IMG/VR virus record: IMGVR_UViG_3300028886_002149
Reading direction: 5' to 3' (one strand)
From: an uncultured virus (IMG/VR IMGVR_UViG_3300028886_002149)
Lineage: Duplodnaviria > Heunggongvirae > Uroviricota > Caudoviricetes
DNA length: 64,000 nucleotides
Under the pieces are notes generated by a model. The model did no database searches. It saw only the letters and a list, made by a program, of their open reading frames with translations, and was not told where the DNA came from. Positions 49,860-58,782 of the stretch are shown here, piece after piece. A program made the translations under genes and the position numbers. Position 1 is the first letter of the stretch. The number at the start of each line of letters is the position of its first letter.

Positions 49860-50063
49860 ATGTTTTGCGGAGATTGCATTCTTGAACTTCTGAGGCAAAA
49901 TAACGGAGGTTCAACCAGAGGAGAACTAAGGCAGTGCCTTTTGGAAAGAGGATATGGTACAGAGGCTATTAGGCAAGCTTACATAAGGCTCGAACAATCC
50001 GGAAAAATAACCCTGATTGGTTCCGGAAAATCAAAAAATCAGATTGTAAAGTTGAAAGGATGA
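49860..50063 (+). CDS. Small winged-helix-like protein
   Basis: ILELL...STRGELR..L...GY....IRQA..RLEQSGKI; fills gap before MTase. Confidence 0.5.
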   Translation: MFCGDCILELLRQNNGGSTRGELRQCLLERGYGTEAIRQAYIRLEQSGKITLIGSGKSKNQIVKLKG

Positions 50064-50069
50064 AAAGAA

Positions 50070-51071
50070 ATGTATAAAGCTATTGATTTATTTGCCGGAA
50101 TCGGAGGCATTCGGATGGGATTCGACAATGCATTCGGGAAGGGTATTAGTACGGTTTTTGTGAGCGAGTGGGACGAATTTGCTCAGAAGACATATAAGGC
50201 GAATTATAAAGATAAATTCGAAATTGCCGGAGATATTACACAGATAAAAGAAGAGGATATTCCTTCTTTTGATATTTGTTTAGCCGGTTTCCCTTGCCAA
50301 GCCTTTTCACTTGCAGGAAAGCACGGTGGATTCAATGATGACTATCACGGAAGATGCAGGGGAACTTTGTTTCTGGATGTGGCCAGAATATGCGAATACC
50401 ATAAGCCGAAGGTTATTTTCTGCGAAAACGTTAAGGGACTTGTTATTCATGATAAAGGCAGAACATTTAAGGTAATTACGGAAACGTTTGAGAGTTTGGG
50501 ATATAAGGTGTTTTCCAAGGTCCTCAATTCAAAGGATTTCGGTGTCCCTCAGAACCGAGAGAGAATATATATCGTTTGCTTTAGAAATGATATAGCACCC
50601 GAGACATTTGAATTCCCTGAAGGAACCGATTCTACTAAGACAATCAGGGATATTTTGGATGATGCACCTGTTTCATCCAAGTACTATTTGTCTGATGTAT
50701 ATATGGACACATTGAGGAAACATAGAGCCCGTCATGAGTCTAAGGGTAACGGATTCGGATATGAAGTCAGAGATCTTGATGATATAGCTGGGGCGATAGT
50801 CTGTGGCGGTATGGGAAGAGAACGAAATCTTATTGTGGATCATCGAGAACATAGTATGGTGCCGGTAACTCACATCAAGGGCGAAATAAATAAAGAAGAT
50901 ATTCGCAAGATGACTCCGAGAGAATGGGCTCGTTTGCAAGGATTTCCGGATAGCTATAAGTTGGAACTGGCTGATACACATTTGTACAAGCAGTTTGGCA
51001 ATAGTGTAACTGTGAATGTGATAGAAGCAATAGCCAGAAAGATAAAGGAGGAATTGGATGCGAGCAAATAA
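50070..51071 (+). CDS. dcm: DNA (cytosine-5)-methyltransferase
   Basis: DLFAGIGG, GFPCQ, ENV, QNRERIY, KQFGNSV. Confidence 0.95.
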   Translation: MYKAIDLFAGIGGIRMGFDNAFGKGISTVFVSEWDEFAQKTYKANYKDKFEIAGDITQIKEEDIPSFDICLAGFPCQAFSLAGKHGGFNDDYHGRCRGTLFLDVARICEYHKPKVIFCENVKGLVIHDKGRTFKVITETFESLGYKVFSKVLNSKDFGVPQNRERIYIVCFRNDIAPETFEFPEGTDSTKTIRDILDDAPVSSKYYLSDVYMDTLRKHRARHESKGNGFGYEVRDLDDIAGAIVCGGMGRERNLIVDHREHSMVPVTHIKGEINKEDIRKMTPREWARLQGFPDSYKLELADTHLYKQFGNSVTVNVIEAIARKIKEELDASK

Positions 51072-52131
51072 GGGAGAATGGTCCGAATTATATGTGTTGT
51101 TAAGGTTATTAGCATATGGGCGGTTGTACTCAGCTGGTGAGAATACTGAAAAATTGGAAGACGTATACTTCCCAATTATGAGAGTCCTGAGAAATGAAGG
51201 GGATTCTCTTCGGTATGAATATAAATCAAAAGATGATAAAAGCATTGAATTGTTTATTAATTCAGATAAAATTACCTCCATTGAAAGATCCGTGTTAGCC
51301 AGATATGCAGATTTGATACTGGATGGTATTAGAAAAGGCGGTAAGAAAGGCGCGTTTGAAATCGAAGACAGTAAAGAAGCAATGAAAACGCTTCATACAA
51401 GTAAGATAAAAGCCCCTTCGACAGATAAGACAGATATTAAGATGGAAATCCACGATAATAAAACGGGATATTCATCTGTTGTAGGGTATTCAATAAAGTC
51501 GGATTTAGGGATGCCCCCAACTTTATTAAATGCTTCAAATGCCACTAATTTTGTCTATGACGTAGTGGGGGATATAAGCGATCAGGATATAGCCAGAATT
51601 AACGCTATTGAGACCGATAAAAAAATCATCGATCGAATGAGTGAGATTGATAAAATTGGAAAATTGAAATACCGGGCCATGAAAAATAGTGTGTTTGAAG
51701 GTAATGTAATGCTCATTGACAGTCTTATGGATGAGATTTTAGGAAATCTCTTGATGATATCTTTTCAGACTGGAAACCTTCAATGTTCGGAATTGATAAC
51801 AGAGCTGGAGTGGAGAGATCCGTTAGGGTACGGACGAGAGGGTATATACAGGTACAAGTTTAAGAAGTTTTTGTGTGCTATAGCGCTGGGAATGCTTCCT
51901 TCAAAAGTATGGGACGGAAGAGATGAAGCTAATGGTGGCTATATAATTGTTAAAACCAATGGAGACATAGTTGCATACCACTTGTACAACAGAGATGCGT
52001 TTGAAACCTACTTGTTGAATAACACTTCATTTGAGCGTGCTTCAACAAGCCGTTATGGATATGCAGAGTTGTATCGTGACGAGGATGGAAAGGCATGCGT
52101 TGACTTGAATTTACAGATACGGTTTAAGTAG
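51058..52131 (+). CDS. HpaII-family type II restriction endonuclease
   Basis: NKGEWSELY start, KTDI, SIKS.LG..PTLLNAS..TNF, LNLQIRF end; overlaps MTase. Confidence 0.8.
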   Translation: MRANKGEWSELYVLLRLLAYGRLYSAGENTEKLEDVYFPIMRVLRNEGDSLRYEYKSKDDKSIELFINSDKITSIERSVLARYADLILDGIRKGGKKGAFEIEDSKEAMKTLHTSKIKAPSTDKTDIKMEIHDNKTGYSSVVGYSIKSDLGMPPTLLNASNATNFVYDVVGDISDQDIARINAIETDKKIIDRMSEIDKIGKLKYRAMKNSVFEGNVMLIDSLMDEILGNLLMISFQTGNLQCSELITELEWRDPLGYGREGIYRYKFKKFLCAIALGMLPSKVWDGRDEANGGYIIVKTNGDIVAYHLYNRDAFETYLLNNTSFERASTSRYGYAELYRDEDGKACVDLNLQIRFK

Positions 52132-52161
52132 CGATTTGAAAGAAATAGATTGGTTGGAGGC

Positions 52162-53178
52162 ATGATGTCAAAAAGGAAGATGGTGCAAAGCAATCTTGTA
52201 AAAAACTCTATTGCAGCTTACTTTGCAGCTATTGAAATTCATAATAAACCTAATATCGCCTACCGGTATGAAACCGTAACTTTGCTTATTCAAAATGCAT
52301 GGGAGCTGGTTCTTAAAGCGTATATCCGAAAGAACATTAAGCATAGAAGCATTTATGAAAATGGCAACCATACTATAAGTTTTGATAAAGCTATAGGGTT
52401 TGTTGCAGAGGACATTAATGGAAAAAAGCCGAATAGTTTTGAGGCAGTAAAAAGAAATCTTGAGGAGATTGAAATCTATAGAAATGGAATAACGCACTTT
52501 TATTGTGATGAGTTGGAACCATATATTTTTATGCTTGTGGCTCGATCAGCGTTGAATTATGTGGATTTCATAAAGACATACTTTGGAAAAGACATTATGG
52601 CAGAGGACGGACTGTTTATTATGCCATTAGGCTTTAAACTTCCGTTCCTTCCACAAGATTTTTTATCGGGCAATTTTGCTAAATATGCGAGTTCCCCGGA
52701 AAGCATGGAGTTCATAAAAAGTATCGTTAAATCTATTAAGGATCTCAAAGATGCTGGTATTGAGGATTCCATCGTGCTTGGATTTGATATATATCTTGAA
52801 AGTGTTAAAAAGGCCACGAATAGTGATTTACTTGCAGCCATTACGTCCATTGAAGAGGCTGACACAACGTTTGGAAAGATTACAAATGCAAGATTTACAG
52901 ATGATCCGAATGCTAAAGCCTATAACATGACGGATGATGAGTTTAGAAAGATATATAAATACTCATTTTATGACTTGCGTGATTGGTGCCGCGAACATAT
53001 CGCAGGATTTAAGCAATCTAAGGATTTTTACAGGATAAAAAAGAGTATAGAAGAAGATCCTAATTGCGCGTATGAACGAAAGCTTGATAATCAGAGTGCA
53101 AAATCGCCTACAAAAACATTTTATACCGAGCGTGCATTAGAAAGAATGAAAGAACTGTATCCAGTTCAGGAAGAATAG
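52162..53178 (+). CDS. DUF3644-like protein with HEPN-type motif
   Basis: AAIEIHNKP...YR.E, NAWEL.LKA, YRNGITH (R-x4-H). Confidence 0.7.
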   Translation: MMSKRKMVQSNLVKNSIAAYFAAIEIHNKPNIAYRYETVTLLIQNAWELVLKAYIRKNIKHRSIYENGNHTISFDKAIGFVAEDINGKKPNSFEAVKRNLEEIEIYRNGITHFYCDELEPYIFMLVARSALNYVDFIKTYFGKDIMAEDGLFIMPLGFKLPFLPQDFLSGNFAKYASSPESMEFIKSIVKSIKDLKDAGIEDSIVLGFDIYLESVKKATNSDLLAAITSIEEADTTFGKITNARFTDDPNAKAYNMTDDEFRKIYKYSFYDLRDWCREHIAGFKQSKDFYRIKKSIEEDPNCAYERKLDNQSAKSPTKTFYTERALERMKELYPVQEE

Positions 53179-53181
53179 CTT

Positions 53182-53307
53182 ATGGAAGGAAAATACCCAG
53201 TTATAACCCTTTGTGGAAGCAAATTAGTTGAAAAGAATGGCAGAAATGGAAGATTTGTCGGATGTAGCGGATTTCCGAGATGTAGATATACGAAATCTAT
53301 AAGGTAG
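53182..53307 (+). pseudogene. 41-codon remnant with a topoisomerase-type Zn-ribbon tail
   Basis: [41 protein letters not shown]; only 3 of 4 Cys. Confidence 0.55.
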
Positions 53308-53318
53308 AAGGGACGAAT

Positions 53319-54533
53319 ATGGCAGAGATCATAAACATCAACACATCAGATAAAGAGGTTACAGCCCAAAGTACTGATATCACTTCTGTAACAGAGACTT
53401 TGGTTCTGGATGCCAGAAACACTGAGATATCAAAAGCTAATTCTCTTTCTGTGCCTATTGCAGAGCTGTCAACTCTTGGAGCAGGTGTATCATCGCTGAT
53501 ACCTGCATTTAATACAGTAACCCAGACGGTGACGATGAACACTCAAGGGTTGTATCAGCTAGCAAACGCAAGTGTGGGGGACACGCTGAAGATTGCCAAG
53601 AATGGGAACTTCTGGGGGGCATTTAAAACCGCTGAGGGTGGATCTAAATTTGCACAGCTGACAGCAGCGGATCCGATATCTGGTACAAGTAAAATGGTAA
53701 TGAATGCGAATCCGGCAACAATGATGATGGCTGTAGCTCTTTTCTCTATTGAGAAGGAACTTGGTGATATAGCTGAGATGCAAAAACAGATCATTTCATT
53801 CCTGCAGATTGAAAAGGAAGCGGAGATTGAGGCTGATGTCATAACGCTCAGTGAGATCATTACGAAATATAAACATAACTGGGATAACGAACGGTATATT
53901 GCAAGTAATCATAAGATGATATGCGATATCCAGCGAACGGCCCGTAAGAATATGATTGCGTTTCAGAAACAGGTTGCGGAAGCGCTGAAAGCCAAGCAGC
54001 TGATTGTGATGGGCGGTAAGGTGAATTCTACGCTTAATGAAATGCTGAAGAAGTTTAAGTATTACCGGCTTGCATTATATACGTTTTCGCTTGCTTCATT
54101 AGCTGAAATTATGCTTAGCGGAAACTTTAAGGCAGAGAACATTCAGGCGGCTATTGATGAGATACGAAAGAATACAGATGAATACCGGTCGTTGTTTGGA
54201 GAGTGCTCCGTACATCTTGAAAAACTATCAAAGGGTTCGATAGAGACAAATCTGCTGAAAGGCGTAGGCGCTGCTAGCAATGCAATGGGAAAACTGATCG
54301 GAAGTATTCCTAAGGTGAAGGACGGTCAGGTAGATGAGTTCCTGATAGAAAAAGGTGAAAAGATTAAAAGTGGCGCTCAGGGAATCAGCCAGGATGTGAT
54401 CAAATCCTTTGCGGAGGTAAGCAATCCAAATACAGGCGGATTCTTACGTAAATTAGAGGATATGGATAAGATCTATAATCATACTACAGGAATCTGTTTT
54501 GACAAAGATAATCTGTATCTGATCGCTGGATAA
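53319..54533 (+). CDS. Hypothetical protein
   Basis: 404-aa ORF, helical C-terminal half, no motif recognised. Confidence 0.75.
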   Translation: MAEIININTSDKEVTAQSTDITSVTETLVLDARNTEISKANSLSVPIAELSTLGAGVSSLIPAFNTVTQTVTMNTQGLYQLANASVGDTLKIAKNGNFWGAFKTAEGGSKFAQLTAADPISGTSKMVMNANPATMMMAVALFSIEKELGDIAEMQKQIISFLQIEKEAEIEADVITLSEIITKYKHNWDNERYIASNHKMICDIQRTARKNMIAFQKQVAEALKAKQLIVMGGKVNSTLNEMLKKFKYYRLALYTFSLASLAEIMLSGNFKAENIQAAIDEIRKNTDEYRSLFGECSVHLEKLSKGSIETNLLKGVGAASNAMGKLIGSIPKVKDGQVDEFLIEKGEKIKSGAQGISQDVIKSFAEVSNPNTGGFLRKLEDMDKIYNHTTGICFDKDNLYLIAG

Positions 54534-54553
54534 GATGAAGGAGCTCTGAATCA

Positions 54554-54793
54554 ATGATGGGATATAAGTATCGCGAAGTAATATGTCCATATTGTGATCA
54601 TAAGTTCATGTGGGAAGAAAGTGTTCAAGACGGTTGCCAATGGATTGAATATACAAATAAAAAGACCTATGAGATATGCTTATCTGCGAAATGTCCGTCG
54701 TGTTCCTCAAGAATGATTGTTTCAAAAGATTCTGTTTTTGGAATTAAGACTGATAACGAAGATTACACGGAATCAGCATGCAGAGGATTATAA
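54554..54793 (+). CDS. Small Zn-ribbon protein
   Basis: CPYC...CPSC; GGAG RBS. Confidence 0.6.
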   Translation: MMGYKYREVICPYCDHKFMWEESVQDGCQWIEYTNKKTYEICLSAKCPSCSSRMIVSKDSVFGIKTDNEDYTESACRGL

Positions 54794-54794
54794 A

Positions 54795-54821
54795 AGAGCT
54801 CACCTTCATCGGGTGAGCTCT
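54795..54821. terminator. Hairpin between convergent genes
   Basis: AGAGCTCACC-7-GGTGAGCTCT perfect 10-bp stem. Confidence 0.75.
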
Positions 54822-55143
54822 ATACATTTACCATGGCCGGGAGAACGGCTTTATCATCAATGTAGCAGTCGCATGTGATCTTCCGGGAATTGTTTCCGTA
54901 CATCTCGATGATTTCCGGGAGATTGTCATTGACGGCATCAAAGGTCAGGTCATGGTCCTTACACCAGGAGATTGCCTTCTCCAGGGCTTCACCGGCTCTG
55001 CATGTCCAGAGGATGAGTTTATTGCCTGACTTTTGCTGAGCGCGGAGGTATTCAATTAACGGTCTATTTGGTTCGCCGAGTTCGGGCCAGTTGCTGTAGC
55101 AAAGGGTTCCGTCAAAATCTACGGCGATGATTGTGTAATCCAT
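54820..55143 (-). CDS. Minimal HAD-superfamily phosphatase
   Basis: AVDFDGTL, ILWTCR, K, YIDDK. Confidence 0.85.
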   Translation of the reverse strand: MDYTIIAVDFDGTLCYSNWPELGEPNRPLIEYLRAQQKSGNKLILWTCRAGEALEKAISWCKDHDLTFDAVNDNLPEIIEMYGNNSRKITCDCYIDDKAVLPAMVNV

Positions 55144-55157
55144 GAAATCATCTCCAT

Positions 55158-55406
55158 TCAATTCTTCTGACACTTTTGGTGGATGGTGAGATTGGTTACT
55201 TCATAAAGAGGGAAAACGTCCGGTATCAGACGGTTAAAATATGCTGAGATCCGATAGGCCATCTCTAAAGAGAGGTTTTGATCTCCATTTTCAATCTTGC
55301 TGATGGATCTTCTGCTGATCTCAAGGTCTGCGGCCATCTTGTCCTGGCTGATACCATACTCTTTGCGAAGAGTATAAACATTGTTGGAATAAATCAGTTC
55401 TTTCAA
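55158..55406 (-). CDS. XRE-family HTH regulator
   Basis: LRKEYGISQ..MA..L.ISRRSISKIENG. Confidence 0.85.
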   Translation of the reverse strand: MKELIYSNNVYTLRKEYGISQDKMAADLEISRRSISKIENGDQNLSLEMAYRISAYFNRLIPDVFPLYEVTNLTIHQKCQKN

Positions 55407-55487
55407 AACGGTTTCCTCCTTATTCTGATACTTTTAGATTCTCTGACAAGTACCATCATAATACGGAGGTTGTCCCAAAAAACGGAC

Positions 55488-56195
55488 TTAATCCACGGCA
55501 AGCTTGCCAAAAATTTTGAAGGTGCTGTATTCGCTTACCGGTTTCGGTGCATATTCGGGATTTAGTGATACAAGGAACGTTCCTGTTTTATTCACTACAT
55601 ATTTTTTAAAGAAGGTCATTCCATCCAGGAAGAAGAGCCCAATGTCGCCGGGATTCAGGCATTCGGTCTGTTCGATCCAGACAAGTTCTTCGTCATGGAA
55701 TTGAGGTTCCATGCTATTGCCATCAAGGTACACTCCAAAATCAGCTTTCTTAGGAACTGGTTTTCTGATCTCAACGGTCTCAAAGTTCTCATCATCCAGG
55801 AAGTTGCCGTCTCCTGCAGATGCAGGGACCAAAGCTATCTTCATAAGCCGTGGTGTGATGTCGATGATCTCGGCGGTTTTCCTTTCATATTCTCCGGATT
55901 TCTCCAGAAGGCTTATATATTCAAGAACCTTCTTTCTTCCTTCATCATTGAGATTTCTGAAAGGATCCAAGGGATTTTCTCCGATGAATTCCGTATAAAT
56001 ATCGTTGATCTCCAGAATCTCGCAGACTGCCAGCAGGGATTCTGCCGTAGGCATGCTGTTTCCCTTTTCCCAGGCACTGATTGCTGCATTTGTAACGCTT
56101 ACATTCTTTTCAGCCAGCTTCTCCGCCAGCTCGATCTGGGACAGCTTCTTATTCTTCCGGTGATTCGCAATCACTTCACCTATCTTGTATTTCAT
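55488..56195 (-). CDS. CI/LexA-like repressor (XRE HTH + S24 autopeptidase)
   Basis: HTH; ASAG cleavage site; GNSMEP serine; FKK lysine; SLNP.Y. Confidence 0.9.
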   Translation of the reverse strand: MKYKIGEVIANHRKNKKLSQIELAEKLAEKNVSVTNAAISAWEKGNSMPTAESLLAVCEILEINDIYTEFIGENPLDPFRNLNDEGRKKVLEYISLLEKSGEYERKTAEIIDITPRLMKIALVPASAGDGNFLDDENFETVEIRKPVPKKADFGVYLDGNSMEPQFHDEELVWIEQTECLNPGDIGLFFLDGMTFFKKYVVNKTGTFLVSLNPEYAPKPVSEYSTFKIFGKLAVD

Positions 56196-56698
56196 GTCTT
56201 TTCTCCTTTTGCCCCGAAGGGATCTTGGGATCAATCAGTGTAAATAGAATATACCACACGTATGTTCTGAATTCAAGCCATATTTGAAAAGTGTGATATA
56301 TAATCCCGTTGAAATTCACCTTGGTTTGAATTATATTTAAGCATGTGAGGCGGGAAAACTTTCCTGGCCAAGAAATGGATCAGCGGTAAAGAGGGTAACG
56401 CAGTCGTCACTAACCTCGGTGTACTCGGAAAACGGCTGCATGTTTTGGGGAATTTTATGGAGGAAATGAACATGCCTATGATTGTTTACACGCGTAGGAG
56501 GATATGATCAATCTTCTTTCTGCGCAGGAAGAAAAACTGAATAAAGAGGTTTTCAGTGAGCTGCCCAGACCTCGGGGTATTATAGTCAGCTCGCTTTGCC
56601 AATCGACTAATCAACGTTTGGCAGTAATCTGTAAAGGTGACTTTCCCTTTCCTTTTCAGACTTCAGATCAAAACATTGAATCGGAGGTGAAGAGCCAA

Positions 56699-56905
56699 TT
56701 GCAGGCGATTGATTTCTACTGTAAGAAGTGCAAGAAGTCCATGCGGATTTCCTATGCGCTTACCGGAGACAAAGAGGCTCCGGCCATGAACGGCATCATG
56801 ATAAAATGCCATACTCACAAGTGTACCAGAGTAGTGACCCTTAAGAATTTCACAGAGGGGCAGATCCTCGAGAGAACGGATGCTCTCGGAAAGTGCTACT
56901 TATAA
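56699..56905 (+). CDS. Small Cys-rich protein
   Basis: GGAGGTG RBS before TTG 56699 (in frame with ORF 56504); CKKC...CHTHKC. Confidence 0.5.
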   Translation: MQAIDFYCKKCKKSMRISYALTGDKEAPAMNGIMIKCHTHKCTRVVTLKNFTEGQILERTDALGKCYL

Positions 56906-56997
56906 GAACCAAGACTTAGTATGAAGACAGGCGTGCATGTCACGCATAACGACAATTAAATGAGGGCTTCATGATATGGGGGCATGACCCACCGCGG

Positions 56998-57050
56998 ACG
57001 CATGAAAAGATAACCGGTAAAACGGAGTCTTTTCGTGCGTTTTGTTTATT
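56998..57050 (+). terminator. Terminator/attenuator hairpin upstream of XRE gene
   Basis: ACGCATGAAAAGA...TCTTTTCGTGCGT 13-bp stem then TTTGTTTATT. Confidence 0.65.
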
Positions 57051-57107
57051 GTAACGGACACAACAGTACATCTCTTTTTTTCCGGTTCGCCCGGAAAGAA
57101 GGAGAAA

Positions 57108-57437
57108 ATGAACATATCTATTAAGGAAGAAACATTAGGACAGAGGATCAGAGCACAGAGGATTAGACTTGGGATGACCCAGGAAGAACTGGCGAAGGCT
57201 ACTTTTATCCCTAAGCCTACCATATCGAATTATGAGAATGACCGGATAGATATCAAGAGTAGTGTGATAGCCGAGCTGGCAAAGGTTCTTGAGACAGATC
57301 CGAACTACCTGATAATGGGGAAAAAAGCTACGGAATCCGATAACAGGTTTGTGGATGAGGCGGCAGATCTGCTTTCGAAGATCACAGATCCGAAGGTACA
57401 GGAGCTGCTGCTGAAACAGATACGAGCCTTGGTGTAG
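57108..57437 (+). CDS. XRE-family HTH regulator
   Basis: LGQRIR..R..LGMTQEELA, TISNYEND. Confidence 0.88.
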   Translation: MNISIKEETLGQRIRAQRIRLGMTQEELAKATFIPKPTISNYENDRIDIKSSVIAELAKVLETDPNYLIMGKKATESDNRFVDEAADLLSKITDPKVQELLLKQIRALV

Positions 57438-57491
57438 GCTAATATTCTTCCGACTGAAAAGCAGATATTCTTCCGATTTGGACATTAGATG

Positions 57492-57519
57492 AAAAGGATC
57501 TCGCTGGAGGTCCTTTTTT
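57492..57519 (+). terminator. Intrinsic terminator
   Basis: AAAAGGATCTC-GCTG-GAGGTCCTTTTTT. Confidence 0.7.
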
Positions 57520-57671
57520 CGTGCGAATCTTTTATGTATGGCCCCGCCATACTTTTGTATGATGTTCGCTATCTTACTTTTGACGTGGTATTCCGTAGAA
57601 TGACATATGTAAGCAAGAGGTGACGCAAGCCGGCAAGCCTAACCTCCAAGAAATGTTATGGAGGTGCGAAC

Positions 57672-58235
57672 ATGTGCATTACAGAAGAAAAACTGGTGGA
57701 AGCCTACGGTAATTCAAATCCGCATGAACGCTTCCTGCTGATTTACAAGAACTACAGCGTATTTCCCCAGTTGGTAGACTGCTATGAAACAGGGCTCTTT
57801 AATCGGATCCTTTTCGAAGTGGAATACAACAGGCGGAAGAAGAATGACGACGATCTGGGTGTTAGAGTTCAGACAAGTCATCGCAGCGATCCTACAGCTG
57901 CAAAGGCCATCGAGCATATCATGATCCGGGATGCCATCGAGGAATGTAACTTCTCCGGGAACATCCTGAAGGAAACGGATACTCCGGAAAAGCACAAACA
58001 TGATATTCTCATGATCCATATGATGAGACGGGAATTTGAAGTCTTTGACTCAGCTCTCAAGGCTCTTCCGACGAAGGAACATGACATCGTATTTACCTTT
58101 ATCAATAAGGAACGCAAGATGCTGGAGATTGCGGAGGACAGAGACCTGGCTTATCAGACAGTGAAGAATCTGATCGGTGATATCAAGAAGTTATTGGAAA
58201 GCAGAACAGTCCCTTATTTCAGGGAAACATTATAA
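57672..58235 (+). CDS. Sigma-region-4/RinA-ArpU-like transcriptional activator
   Basis: GVRVQTS..SDPTA..AI; C-terminal L..LP..E..I...EIAE...AYQTVKN HTH. Confidence 0.6.
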   Translation: MCITEEKLVEAYGNSNPHERFLLIYKNYSVFPQLVDCYETGLFNRILFEVEYNRRKKNDDDLGVRVQTSHRSDPTAAKAIEHIMIRDAIEECNFSGNILKETDTPEKHKHDILMIHMMRREFEVFDSALKALPTKEHDIVFTFINKERKMLEIAEDRDLAYQTVKNLIGDIKKLLESRTVPYFRETL

Positions 58236-58242
58236 GGAGTGA

Positions 58243-58470
58243 ATGACTATGGGATACAAGAGAAAAGAAACGGATAATATGGAGAATCTTCTTACGAACG
58301 GAAAGAAGAAGTTCGTAAAGTATGATGAAGGAGCAGCGATGTTTTCCATGGGGATTCATTCCTTCATGGATCTGGCTAAGGAGGCAAAGGCAGTTTACCG
58401 CATCAGACGGATCGTCTTGGTAAATACCGAGATCATCGAAGAGTATCTTGAAAACTTCAGAGATATGTAA
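58243..58470 (+). CDS. Excisionase-like protein (DUF6462-type)
   Basis: KKKFVKYDEGA..FSMGIHSF; upstream of the integrase. Confidence 0.72.
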   Translation: MTMGYKRKETDNMENLLTNGKKKFVKYDEGAAMFSMGIHSFMDLAKEAKAVYRIRRIVLVNTEIIEEYLENFRDM

Positions 58471-58574
58471 CGAAGAAGGACGTAACGAAAATTAAAGGAA
58501 TGACTCTCAAAAAAACATTGAATTTATGTGGGACACAAACTATAATGTGTATATAGGTTTTGAAAGGAGCAGTT

Positions 58575-58745
58575 ATGGCGAAAGTAGGACGTCCCCCGGT
58601 AGAGAATAAGAAGTATATTAAGGTAGGCTTCCGAGTTACCGAGGCAGAACGTGATAGACTTCTCGCGTACTGCAAGAAGATGAATCTTACCCAAGCAGAG
58701 GTCTTTCAGCAGGCACTTGAGCTGCTGTACAAGACCAAGCCATAA
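58575..58745 (+). CDS. Small ribbon-helix-helix-like protein
   Basis: KVGRPP, VGFRVTEAE, LTQAEVF; own TATAAT and AAAGGAG RBS. Confidence 0.65.
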   Translation: MAKVGRPPVENKKYIKVGFRVTEAERDRLLAYCKKMNLTQAEVFQQALELLYKTKP

Positions 58746-58782
58746 GAGAGTTGTTCCTTCTTTAATGTAAGGAGGAACGCAG

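Noticed and set aside
43046..51071. Calling the locus canonical class II DISARM
   Set aside because: No DrmC PLD nuclease and no recognisable DrmE; different flanking helicases
56974..57551. Partial complementarity between TATGGGGGCAT (about 56976) and ATGGCCCCGCCATA (about 57538) flanking the XRE gene
   Set aside because: Requires several gaps; too weak to call without homologue alignment
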